Shown in pieces: positions 31,354 through 40,793 of a DNA stretch of 64,000 nucleotides. Position numbers and translations under genes: made by a program. Source of the stretch: Candidatus Magasanikiibacteriota bacterium (lineage in GTDB: Bacteria; Patescibacteriota; Patescibacteriia; Magasanikbacterales; UBA922); contig JAKITS010000001.1 of assembly GCA_021648085.1 (NCBI GenBank), positions 618,759-682,758 of the forward strand. Direction: 5' to 3'. The notes beneath the pieces are model-generated. The model was not told the DNA's origin, did no database searches, and saw nothing but the letters and a program-made list of their open reading frames with translations. Every line of letters starts with the position of its first letter. The stretch's first letter is position 1.

Positions 31354-32772
31354 TTACAATTCCCTTCTTTTCTTTAGAATGATAAATGGGGTTTTTATTA
31401 AAACAGTTAGATCTAAAAACATCCTCCAATGTTCTATATAAAAAATATCCAACCTTAGCTCCTCTTCATAAGACAGGTCGCTCCTGCCTGAAATCTGTGA
31501 AAGGCCTGTAATTCCAGGCTTTACAAAGAAAACCTTTTTATGTACTTTTTCATATTTTTCTACTTCGCGTGGCTGATGTGGACGCGGACCTACCACACTC
31601 ATTTGCCCTCGTAACACATTGAAAAAATTTGGCAATTCATCTAAACTCCACCTTCGTAAAAACTTACCAAAAGGTGATACACGAGGATCGTTTGCAATTT
31701 TATAAATAGGCCCAGTCTTACCATTTTGCTTTTTAATAAGCTCTTTTTCTTTTTCTTCTGCTTTTTTTCCAGCCCTACCAAATTGTGACCCAGTAGAATC
31801 TTTCTGATACATTGAGCGAAATTTATAAACAAAAAATCTATGAGAGCGAGCGCCAACTCGTTCGTTTTTATAAATAAAAGGTCTGCCAGTTTCTATCAAA
31901 ATTATAATAGAAATCAAAAGCATTAAAGGGCTTGTGAGTATCACAATAACAATACTTACAACAATATCTAGCAATCGCTTTATTACTCTCCCCCACCCAT
32001 CCAAACGAGTTCTTTTAAGCTCAATGATTGGAATCCCAGCAAGTGCACTAATAGCAATATTTGTAGAATACGATGTAAATAAATCTGCTGAATATTTAAA
32101 CACAATTTGCTTTTCATTACAAAAATTAATAGCACTTAAAGTTTCCCTTTCGTCTGCTCTTGGATTTACAAAAATAATTTCATCTATATCTTTTTTTAAC
32201 AATCTTTCTTTTGCAGTCTTATTGAAAGAAACATAAGTTCTTACAACTTTATAACCCAACTCTTTTCTACTTTTTAAAGTTTTTATAATACTTCTTGCAA
32301 TGTCTTCTTGACCTATCACTACGACTTTGCGCAAGCCAACCCCACCTCTATAAAGCAAACTCTTTAAACCCCTTATCACAATACGCCCAAAAGACACATG
32401 AAGAATAGCAAAAATCCAAGTAAACAATACTAAAAATCTAGAATCAAAAAGTAATTGTGCAAACAACATATAAAGTGCAACCGCAGCCAAACCAAGACTA
32501 CAACCAACAAAAACCTGTTTCAATTCTCCTGAAAATTTCTTGTTTGGATCTACCGAATATAAACCAGCAAAAGAAAAAAGCAACAACCAAACTAAAATCA
32601 CATAAAAAGACAAATTCAGATAATCAGCTAAAGATAAATCAAATAAAACTGGTCTCAACTCTACTACAAAATCCATTGAACGAATATAATAAGCAGACAA
32701 TACTGCAAACATCAACATTAAAAAATCAACTGGTAATTTTAGCATCATCAAAAAAAGTTCAAATCGCTTCAT
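31354..32772 (-). CDS. Priming polyprenyl-phosphate sugar phosphotransferase (WcaJ/WbaP family)
   Basis: KFRSM, DPRV...LRRWSLDELP, SVVGPRP, KPGITGLSQ. Confidence 0.93.
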   Translation of the reverse strand: MKRFELFLMMLKLPVDFLMLMFAVLSAYYIRSMDFVVELRPVLFDLSLADYLNLSFYVILVWLLLFSFAGLYSVDPNKKFSGELKQVFVGCSLGLAAVALYMLFAQLLFDSRFLVLFTWIFAILHVSFGRIVIRGLKSLLYRGGVGLRKVVVIGQEDIARSIIKTLKSRKELGYKVVRTYVSFNKTAKERLLKKDIDEIIFVNPRADERETLSAINFCNEKQIVFKYSADLFTSYSTNIAISALAGIPIIELKRTRLDGWGRVIKRLLDIVVSIVIVILTSPLMLLISIIILIETGRPFIYKNERVGARSHRFFVYKFRSMYQKDSTGSQFGRAGKKAEEKEKELIKKQNGKTGPIYKIANDPRVSPFGKFLRRWSLDELPNFFNVLRGQMSVVGPRPHQPREVEKYEKVHKKVFFVKPGITGLSQISGRSDLSYEEELRLDIFYIEHWRMFLDLTVLIKTPFIILKKRREL

Positions 32773-32851
32773 ATTTGATTATTTTTAGTTAATTTCTGTA
32801 CCTACTTTCACTTGTATGGTACTATATTTTACATATAAGGTCAAAATAAAT

Positions 32852-33523
32852 ATGCTAAGCAAAGTAAAAGAGAAACTACTAAAATCACTACAAACAAAAA
32901 AAGGCAGATTAAAATCCAATCTATGCCTTGTAGAAGGTAAAAAAGTAATAGAAACAGCAGGAAAAGCTGTAGAATTTACTTTTACAAACAATGATACGGA
33001 CAACTTCAAAGATTTCACATCTACACAAACACCACAAAATATTGCTGGAATTGCAAAAATTCCAAAATGGAATTTAGACGATATTAAAAAATACAAAATA
33101 GTTGTAGTTTTAGACGGAATTCAAGATCCAGGAAATTTGGGAAGTATTTTTAGACTTTGTTTGGGTTTTAATGCTTCACTGATTCTAGTAGAATCCGTAG
33201 ATCCAACCAATCCAAAAGTGATAAGATCTTCTGTTGGTGCACTTTTCCAAGTTCCTTGGATAGAGACAAAACGAATAGAAATAGAAAAATTATTAGAAGA
33301 TTTAAATAGACCAATTTATAAATTGGAAAAGGGAGAATCAAAAATTTTAAATAGTGATTTGATAGAAAAAATGGAAAAAGAAATTACTTTAATTGTTGGC
33401 TCAGAAGGGCAAGGAATAAAAATAAAAACAAAAGGAACTTCCATTGAAATAAAACATAATGAAAAATTAGAATCATTAAATGTTGGCCACGCTTTAGCGA
33501 TTATTCTAAATTCTCTGAAATAA
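32852..33523 (+). CDS. TrmH/SpoU-family RNA methyltransferase
   Basis: DGIQDPGNLGSIFR, VGSEGQG, ESLNV. Confidence 0.92.
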   Translation: MLSKVKEKLLKSLQTKKGRLKSNLCLVEGKKVIETAGKAVEFTFTNNDTDNFKDFTSTQTPQNIAGIAKIPKWNLDDIKKYKIVVVLDGIQDPGNLGSIFRLCLGFNASLILVESVDPTNPKVIRSSVGALFQVPWIETKRIEIEKLLEDLNRPIYKLEKGESKILNSDLIEKMEKEITLIVGSEGQGIKIKTKGTSIEIKHNEKLESLNVGHALAIILNSLK

Positions 33524-33569
33524 TAAACTTATTTGAAAAAAATAAATCCCGCCATTTTGGCGGGATTTT

Positions 33570-34118
33570 TTAGTTTGCATGGCCGCTCACATCTAAATCA
33601 TCTAACATTATGCAATATTTTCTATCTTTTTTTGCATCTTCACTCATATCCTCCAAAAATTGAGGGAAATCTAGATCATTATTTTTCTCAATTTCAATAA
33701 AACTATGCGCTTCTCTTAACCCAATATACCCCCCAAAAACAAAATGGGAAATTGCAAACTCTATATGTGTCCAAGTGTGTAGCGGGCTCAAATTCCAGTA
33801 AACTATCTTTCCACTCTTCTTACCTTCCAAAATTAAAGCTTTGTAATACTTACTAGTCTCCAACCTAATTATAACCTCATCATCTGGAAAACCAGAAATG
33901 TCTATTTCTTCCAAAAGATGTATATTCGATTGCTCACACTTTTCCAAGAATAAAACAGACTCCTTAAAACTCATATGATTATTTGCAACCAAATAACCAA
34001 CAGACTTACCAAAATCACTCCAAGTTTTTATATTTCTTATAACATTAATCTCTTGTCCTTTCTCTTCCAAAACCAGTTCGTAAGAACCAGAGATAACTTC
34101 TCTCAAATAAATCCTCAT
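33570..34118 (-). CDS. Hypothetical protein with two divergent internal repeats (SD-led ORFan)
   Basis: AAGGAGAGGG SD, TGTTCATTTTACA element, flanked by near-identical hairpins. Confidence 0.7.
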   Translation of the reverse strand: MRIYLREVISGSYELVLEEKGQEINVIRNIKTWSDFGKSVGYLVANNHMSFKESVLFLEKCEQSNIHLLEEIDISGFPDDEVIIRLETSKYYKALILEGKKSGKIVYWNLSPLHTWTHIEFAISHFVFGGYIGLREAHSFIEIEKNNDLDFPQFLEDMSEDAKKDRKYCIMLDDLDVSGHAN

Positions 34119-34220
34119 TTCCCTCTCCTTTTTGCAAACTAAATTGTAAAATGAACATAATACTACAATACCACAAATAAAAAATCCCGTCATATTAACG
34201 GGATTTTTTATTTTAATTTT

Positions 34221-36008
34221 TTATTTCTTTCTACTTGCTGTCACTCTGTCGTTTTCTTTCAAAACTTGTTTTCTCAGCCGTATATTGTTTGGCGTCACTT
34301 CTAGATATTCATCTCCAGAAATTACCTCCAAACCACGCTCAAGCGTAATTTGAATTGGAGGGGTAAGTTTTATAGCTTCATCCGCTCCGGAAGAGCGCAT
34401 ATTTGTAAGATTTTTTCCTTTTGTTGGGTTCACGGTCATATCATTTCCTTTTGAAACATTTCCAATAACCATTCCCTCATAAATTTCTGCTTGAGGCCCT
34501 ATATATAAAGAACCCCTACCTTGAAGATTGTTCAAAGAAAATCCCAGAGCTTTTCCTGTAGCCATAGAAATCATAGAACCAACATCACGCTTATTGATTT
34601 CACCCACATAAGGTTTAAAACCAACTACACGAGAACACATAATTCCCTCACCTCTTGTGTCTACTACAAACTCCCCTCTATAACCAAGTAAACCACGAGT
34701 TGGAATTTCAAAAACAATTCTCTTCTCTATTCCATTTTGACACATATCCATCATTACACCCTTGCGTTTCATTATTTTTTCAATTACAACACCTTCAAAT
34801 TCATTTGGCACATCTATTGTCAACTCTTCAAATGGTTCAAGTTTTTGCCCATCTTCTTCTTTTGTAATAACTCTTGGTTGAGAAACTTGAAGTTCATAAC
34901 CTTCACGACGCATATTTTCCAGCAAAATAGCAATATGCATTTCACCACGCCCATAAACCTTACAAAAATCGTTGTTTGAGAAGTCAATTTTCAAACCAAC
35001 ATTTACCTCCAACTCTCTTTGAAGTCTTTCTCTGATTTGTCTACTTGTCACATATTTACCGTCTCTTCCTGCAAATGGTGAGTTGTTTACAAGTAAGTTC
35101 ATAGAGATTGTAGGCTCATCTATTTCAATCGCTGGTAGTGGTTCTTGATCTGAATTTGCACAAACAGTCTCCCCAATATAAATATCAGAAATTCCAGCAA
35201 TCATCACTAAATCTCCTGCCATTGCTTCGCCTACTTCTTTTTTTTCTACACCTTCAAAAGTAAAAAGTTTTGATATACTTGCTCTACGCTCTTCACCAGT
35301 TGGTTTTTTTACAATAACTTTACTTCCTTTTTTAATAATACCTTCGTATACACGCCCAATTGCAAGTCTTCCTAGGAAATTATCATAACCCAGGTTAAAA
35401 GGTTGCATTCTAAACGGAACGCTCGTGTCAGACTTAGCTGGTTCTACATTTTCCAAAATAGAATCAAAAAGTGGAGTTAAATCATTTGATTCATCTGCTA
35501 AATTATTTTTTGCGATTCCGTCACGCCCGTTTGCGTAAATAGTTTTAAAATCAAGCTGTTCATCGTTTGCACCCAAATCCATAAAAAGTTCCAACACCAT
35601 GTCGTGTACAATTTCTGGTCTGGCTGCTGGCTTATCAATTTTATTCAAAATAACAATAGGTTTCAAACCTAATTCAAGAGATTTTTTCAATACAAATTTT
35701 GTCTGTGGCATTGGACCTTCTTGTGCATCTACTACCAGCAACACACTATCAATAGAACGCAAAATACGCTCAACCTCTGAACCAAAATCAGCATGCCCAG
35801 GTGTATCCACAATATTTACCTTTGTATCCTTATAAAAAAATGATGCGTTTTTTGCATAAATAGTAATACCACGCTCTTGTTCTAAAGCGTTACTATCCAT
35901 ACTTTTTGACTCATCTGTCACCATTCCAGACTGACGCATCATAGCGTCTGTAAGAGTCGTCTTTCCGTGGTCTACGTGAGCAATAATTGCTATATTTCTA
36001 ATTTCCAT
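34221..36008 (-). CDS. typA: Translational GTPase TypA/BipA
   Basis: AHVDHGKTT, GRGEMHIAILLENMRREG, LTNMRSSGADE. Confidence 0.98.
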   Translation of the reverse strand: MEIRNIAIIAHVDHGKTTLTDAMMRQSGMVTDESKSMDSNALEQERGITIYAKNASFFYKDTKVNIVDTPGHADFGSEVERILRSIDSVLLVVDAQEGPMPQTKFVLKKSLELGLKPIVILNKIDKPAARPEIVHDMVLELFMDLGANDEQLDFKTIYANGRDGIAKNNLADESNDLTPLFDSILENVEPAKSDTSVPFRMQPFNLGYDNFLGRLAIGRVYEGIIKKGSKVIVKKPTGEERRASISKLFTFEGVEKKEVGEAMAGDLVMIAGISDIYIGETVCANSDQEPLPAIEIDEPTISMNLLVNNSPFAGRDGKYVTSRQIRERLQRELEVNVGLKIDFSNNDFCKVYGRGEMHIAILLENMRREGYELQVSQPRVITKEEDGQKLEPFEELTIDVPNEFEGVVIEKIMKRKGVMMDMCQNGIEKRIVFEIPTRGLLGYRGEFVVDTRGEGIMCSRVVGFKPYVGEINKRDVGSMISMATGKALGFSLNNLQGRGSLYIGPQAEIYEGMVIGNVSKGNDMTVNPTKGKNLTNMRSSGADEAIKLTPPIQITLERGLEVISGDEYLEVTPNNIRLRKQVLKENDRVTASRKK

Positions 36009-36182
36009 AAAAAAATAAAAGCCCTAAGGACTATTTTCAAATAAACTTTCTTTTTTGAAAATACATTTGAAGACAGTACTTTTGGGAATGAATTTACAAT
36101 TTATAATACTACTTTTTCAGACTTTTGTCAAGAAGATGGTATGAAACAAATAAAAAAAATGGTGATTTTTATTACCGTTTTT

Positions 36183-36410
36183 TTACTTATCTTTTTTTAC
36201 AGCACACTCAACAACCAAAACAGTGAGTTGTTTTGATGAATTCCAATGACATGAACACTCATCAACTATAAAAGTTCTCATTTCTATCTTAATATTTCTT
36301 CTTGGTATTCTCGGCCATTTTTTCTTTATAGCGTCACCAAGATACTTAAATGTTCAAAATTAAACTCATCTTGGTAAATTACATTTTCAGTACCATCTGG
36401 TCGCATAGAT
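36183..36410 (-). pseudogene. Probable frameshifted ORFan remnant
   Basis: MRPDGTENVIYQDEFNFEH continues in another frame as KYLGDAIKKKWPRIPRR...KKDK*, ending at terminator 36152-36184. Confidence 0.4.
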
Positions 36411-36561
36411 GTACAAGACACCTTTTGAGACTTCTTTTGACTAAATAAAGAACGCAAACTAATACTAGCTATTACTTCATATTTTATCAAGAAAAGATTT
36501 TTAAATAAAATAAAAAACGACAATACATATAACATTGTCGTTTTTAGCAAAAAACTATTTT

Positions 36562-36771
36562 CTATCTTTCAAAGAAAGAAATATAGAAAGTATTTTTTTC
36601 CACCTCAATTTCTTTTGGCGAAACGAGCAATGCTCGTTCTGTGGAGATAAACATCTTACCTCCTTTTTGCCCAAACTGAAAAACTCCTTTTTTCTCTCCT
36701 GTTTCTTTTAAAACAAGAGCAGTTTTTTTTGCAACTTCAAATACCCCATCTACAAATTCAAAATTGAACAT
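36562..36771 (-). CDS. Small hypothetical protein (SD-led)
   Basis: TTGACA-17-TATTAT promoter at 36855, AAAGGTGA SD, terminator at 36512-36546. Confidence 0.6.
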   Translation of the reverse strand: MFNFEFVDGVFEVAKKTALVLKETGEKKGVFQFGQKGGKMFISTERALLVSPKEIEVEKNTFYISFFER

Positions 36772-36851
36772 ATCTTCACCTTTTTGTTGTTTTGTGAACC
36801 CCGTCTCATTTTTCATAAGACTTAATATAATAATATAAATTTTACTTTTTG

Positions 36852-37550
36852 TCAAGCTTTTTCAATAAATTTAGCCACTTTATCGTAAACATCCTCCAAC
36901 ATACTTAAATCTAAGTCTGAATTCCTGTCTTTTGTTGGATCATCTCCTTTTAAATACATAGACCTACCAAAATCTATTAAAACAGGATTGCCAGTTTCAA
37001 TATCTATCATAATATTCCTTGCATAAATATCTCCATGTGCAATTCCAAATTCTGAATGCATATCTTGTAAATAACCGTCCAATCTTTCAAAAAAATTATC
37101 TATATTAAAACCTTCCGGCAATGACTCTTTTCCAAGTAAAATAAATTGTAGGTTTAATCCGTTAATTTTTTCCATAATAATAGCAGCACCCTCATTTCCA
37201 ACATAATAAGCTGCAACATTTGGAGAGTGTACGCCTTCAGATAAAAAATCTTTAAGCTTGTGCATAAATTCGACCTCTTCTTTTGGACTGCATCCAAGGT
37301 TGTACAAATGCTTATTTTCACTGTTTGCCCTATTAAGCATAAATTTTATACAAACATCACTACCCAAATCTACAACCCTACCTATACCACCTTCACCCAA
37401 AAAATTATCTGGATTTACAGCTCTATCTCTTACGGATTTTCTAAGCTCTTCGTTTGTTCCAAAATCATTATCAAAAAAATAGATATGTTCAAGCCATTTT
37501 TGCTCATCCTCAGAAAACTCAGGGATATTAAAATTAGATTCACCTCTCAT
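36852..37550 (-). CDS. Protein-kinase-like fold protein (Hanks/RIO/Bud32-like)
   Basis: LGEGGIGRV, catalytic K, HGDIYARN, IDFG. Confidence 0.85.
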   Translation of the reverse strand: MRGESNFNIPEFSEDEQKWLEHIYFFDNDFGTNEELRKSVRDRAVNPDNFLGEGGIGRVVDLGSDVCIKFMLNRANSENKHLYNLGCSPKEEVEFMHKLKDFLSEGVHSPNVAAYYVGNEGAAIIMEKINGLNLQFILLGKESLPEGFNIDNFFERLDGYLQDMHSEFGIAHGDIYARNIMIDIETGNPVLIDFGRSMYLKGDDPTKDRNSDLDLSMLEDVYDKVAKFIEKA

Positions 37551-37644
37551 AATATTATATAAAAATGTAGGACTATTTTAACATAAAAAAATAATTAAAA
37601 CAAAAAACACTCATTGAGAGTGTTTTTTGTTTTATTTTTTTAAA

Positions 37645-38526
37645 TTACGGTTGCAATATATCTGCTGTACTTCCGTTTATAGAAATTACCACCGAATCAA
37701 CCGTTACAAATTGCTTCAAAGTTTCTTCAATTTGAGCATAAATTCCCATAATTCTACAAGACCCTCCAACTTGATATTCCAAATTACTATCAAAATCAGC
37801 ATAAGCTGTACCATTTGAAATTGAAATACCATTCAATTTAACGCCTTCATTTAAATTTGTTGTATATCCAGTATTTATTTCTTCTGCTGTTAAACCTTTT
37901 AATAATTCTTCAATTGCAGCTTTTGCTACCCCCAAAGTTGTTGGGACTTTGCGTTCTATTCCTAAAACATCTTGACAGTCATTATTTACATTACTATTTG
38001 GAAAATAAACCTTCAAAGTAATTGTACTTTTGTCAAAAATTATAGGAATTCTCAGCTCATCATCGTTTTCTGGAAGTCCAGACGGATTATCTTTTGTTAA
38101 AACCAATACTCCATTATTAGACATAGGTGTCACATAAACCAAATTAGATGTGAAAGGTACCATTTCTTCTGTCATCCAATCTCCGCCAGCTGTAGCAAAT
38201 CCTGTAGCTATCACATAACCATTTGAATCTTCAAGTGAAACAGGAAAATCTCCCTCAAAAAACCAATACCCTCTTGCTTCGCCTGTAATTTCTAGTGGGC
38301 TTGAAATTGTACTACCTACATTTGGAGAAAAAATTGAAATTATACTATCATCTTCTTTTTCTATATTATCTTCTTGAATATCTTGGATATTCTGTTCCTT
38401 AACCATTTCTTTTACCTCATCAGAGACAAGATTGTTTATTTTTGGAACTGCCAAAAATACAACAAAAGAAACGACTAAAATTGCAATAAACCCAACTAGT
38501 AGGCCAATTATAAGATTTTTAGACAT
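37645..38526 (-). CDS. Gmad2 Ig-like plus GerMN domain membrane-anchored protein
   Basis: GEARGYWFFEGDFPV, KDNPSGLPENDD, ELLKG, GGSC...AQIEETLKQF. Confidence 0.85.
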   Translation of the reverse strand: MSKNLIIGLLVGFIAILVVSFVVFLAVPKINNLVSDEVKEMVKEQNIQDIQEDNIEKEDDSIISIFSPNVGSTISSPLEITGEARGYWFFEGDFPVSLEDSNGYVIATGFATAGGDWMTEEMVPFTSNLVYVTPMSNNGVLVLTKDNPSGLPENDDELRIPIIFDKSTITLKVYFPNSNVNNDCQDVLGIERKVPTTLGVAKAAIEELLKGLTAEEINTGYTTNLNEGVKLNGISISNGTAYADFDSNLEYQVGGSCRIMGIYAQIEETLKQFVTVDSVVISINGSTADILQP

Positions 38527-38555
38527 ATTTTATTTTAAAAATTTATTATTTAAAC

Positions 38556-38708
38556 ATATTCCAAAATAAGATTTCGATAAAAATTTTTATATTTCGAGCG
38601 AAACACAGATAAAAATTATGGGGCATTACAATAGTACTGTTGAATAATTTTTATCAAGTTGTAGTCGAAATATAGGAATTTTGGCGAAATAATTATTTTG
38701 GAACATAT
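38556..38708. repeat. ~150-bp imperfect palindrome (MITE-like or structured RNA)
   Basis: Nested arms ttccaaaataa/ttattttggaa, tatatttcga/tcgaaatata, gataaaaattat/ataatttttatc. Confidence 0.7.
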
Positions 38709-38776
38709 CTAATAGAGAACATTAACATAATTATACTAAAAAATCAAGTTTTTAACCTGATTTTTCATATATTTTA

Positions 38777-39307
38777 TTAAGTTTTTTTCTTACTTGGCAT
38801 TTTAACCACATCTTTTATCAATCCATTTGAAATATAATGAATTTTTCCATTATCATCCTTTAAAACTGTAGAGCGCATTGAAATTCTAATTACAGTACCT
38901 TCAGATTTGTTTATCATTACCTTATCCCCAATTCCATACTGATCTTCCACCAAAATGAAAACCCCTGTCACAAAGTCTTTTACCAAAGATTGTGCCCCAA
39001 AACCAACAGCCAATCCTATAATTCCAGCTCCAGCCAAAACTGGTCTAATATCAACCCCAAATAAGTTTAGAACCATAAACAAAAGTACAGCATAAATAAT
39101 AATATTTCCAATTGAAATAATTATGTGACCCAAAGTTTCTGCTCTTTTTTCTTTTTTTGAAACATGACTATCGTCCCCATCATCCACCATCTTCTCAAAC
39201 TTTCTTACCATCAATTTCAAAAGTATTTTACCAAAAAAATACAAAATACCAATCCAAACTATATCTACCGCATTTTTTAATAAAAAATCTATAATAATTT
39301 CCTGCAT
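38777..39307 (-). CDS. Small-conductance mechanosensitive channel (short MscS-family protein)
   Basis: GAGIIGLAVGFGAQSLVKDFVTG, GD...GTVIRISMRST. Confidence 0.88.
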   Translation of the reverse strand: MQEIIIDFLLKNAVDIVWIGILYFFGKILLKLMVRKFEKMVDDGDDSHVSKKEKRAETLGHIIISIGNIIIYAVLLFMVLNLFGVDIRPVLAGAGIIGLAVGFGAQSLVKDFVTGVFILVEDQYGIGDKVMINKSEGTVIRISMRSTVLKDDNGKIHYISNGLIKDVVKMPSKKKT

Positions 39308-39416
39308 AATTTTAATTAATATTAAGACTGAAGATTATCATAAAAATAATCAAAAATCAAGCTTTTTTATTTGATTATTATTTATTAAAAAAATAAAATA
39401 TCTTAAAATCAAATTC

Positions 39417-40433
39417 TTATCTCTCTTTTTCATTTATACCCGCTAGCTGACCACAAGCAGCATTTATATCAGAACCAAAGCTGTAACGCTGTATAACTTT
39501 TATTTTATTTCGCATCAAAATATTTGTAAATTTTTTGATAGCAGTTGCAGAAGATGGGTAAAATTTTCCTGTTTGGTTATAGCGTATCAGATTTACTACA
39601 TATAGTGGATTGTCCATTAATTTAGCCAGTTCCTTAGCATGATATTCGCTATCATTTACACCATCGATCATTAGATATTCGAACATAACCTGACGCGATC
39701 TAGCGTTAACATAATTTTTAACCTCAGACATCAGTTCTTTTATAGGATATTTAGTATTCACCGGCATAAGCTCCGAGCGCAATTTATCATTTGGAGCATG
39801 GAGTGAGACTGCCAAATTAATTTGCATTTTTTCTTTTGCAAACTTTTTTATTCCTGGAACCAAACCACAAGTAGATATAGAAATATGACGCGCACCGATA
39901 TTTATACCATCTTTGTCATTAATAATCTTCGCAGACTCCATAACATTATCATAATTTAGAAATGGTTCACCCATACCCATATATACAACATTTGTAAGTC
40001 TTTTTGGTCCAACATTACTATTATTCAAATAGCGTTGCCAAAATAAAACTTGCTCAATTATCTCTCCAGTTTCTAGATTTCTTTTAAAACCCATCTTTCC
40101 GGTCGCACAAAAATCACATCGCATTGGACACCCAACCTGAGAAGAGACGCATACTGTCGCTCTACCATCTTTATGTTTCAAGAGAACGGTCTCAATCTTA
40201 CTTCCACCACCCAAAGTAATTAGAGCTTTTAGCGATTCACTATTCTTTGAACCAAGTACTTCTGCTTCAATATTTATTGGGCATTCCTTATTTAATGTTT
40301 CGCGAAGATACAATGGCAAAGTTGTGTTTTGATTCCAATCAAATATCAGATCAACAAAAATAGCCTTAAATACTTGTTTAAAGCGAAATTTAGGCTCATC
40401 TTTTAGTATAATTTTTATTTTATCAAAATTCAT
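39417..40433 (-). CDS. rlmN: Radical SAM RNA methyltransferase RlmN
   Basis: CVSSQVGCPMRCDFCATG, MGMGEP, SLHA, AACGQL. Confidence 0.96.
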   Translation of the reverse strand: MNFDKIKIILKDEPKFRFKQVFKAIFVDLIFDWNQNTTLPLYLRETLNKECPINIEAEVLGSKNSESLKALITLGGGSKIETVLLKHKDGRATVCVSSQVGCPMRCDFCATGKMGFKRNLETGEIIEQVLFWQRYLNNSNVGPKRLTNVVYMGMGEPFLNYDNVMESAKIINDKDGINIGARHISISTCGLVPGIKKFAKEKMQINLAVSLHAPNDKLRSELMPVNTKYPIKELMSEVKNYVNARSRQVMFEYLMIDGVNDSEYHAKELAKLMDNPLYVVNLIRYNQTGKFYPSSATAIKKFTNILMRNKIKVIQRYSFGSDINAACGQLAGINEKER

Positions 40434-40440
40434 AGTTGTT

Positions 40441-40641
40441 TTATCGTGCCGGTTTGTTACTGCGATTTCCTATACTGCGTTGTCGCTCCGCCCCTTTTTG
40501 ACTGTTTGGCTTTACATGAAAGCCTGCATTCATTCGGGGATTTGATGTCGGATACTTCTTATTGGTATCATCTGGATTTTTTCTTTCTTCCATTCTCCCA
40601 GATTTCTCTTTCATCATTTTTTTCATTACTTTGGAAAGCAT
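40441..40641 (-). CDS. Small basic hypothetical protein
   Basis: 66-aa ORF with core-type aattatATG start, directly upstream of rlmN. Confidence 0.5.
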   Translation of the reverse strand: MLSKVMKKMMKEKSGRMEERKNPDDTNKKYPTSNPRMNAGFHVKPNSQKGAERQRSIGNRSNKPAR

Positions 40642-40793
40642 ATAATTTTTATTTTCCCGCAGAGGCGTGCTCTGTGGGTATTAAGTATAGTTCAATACCA
40701 AATTCTACCAGAATTTATCTAATTTGTCAACATTATAATATAGTAAATTCAAAATAATGGAAAAAACTACTGAATAATTTATACTCAGTGTTT

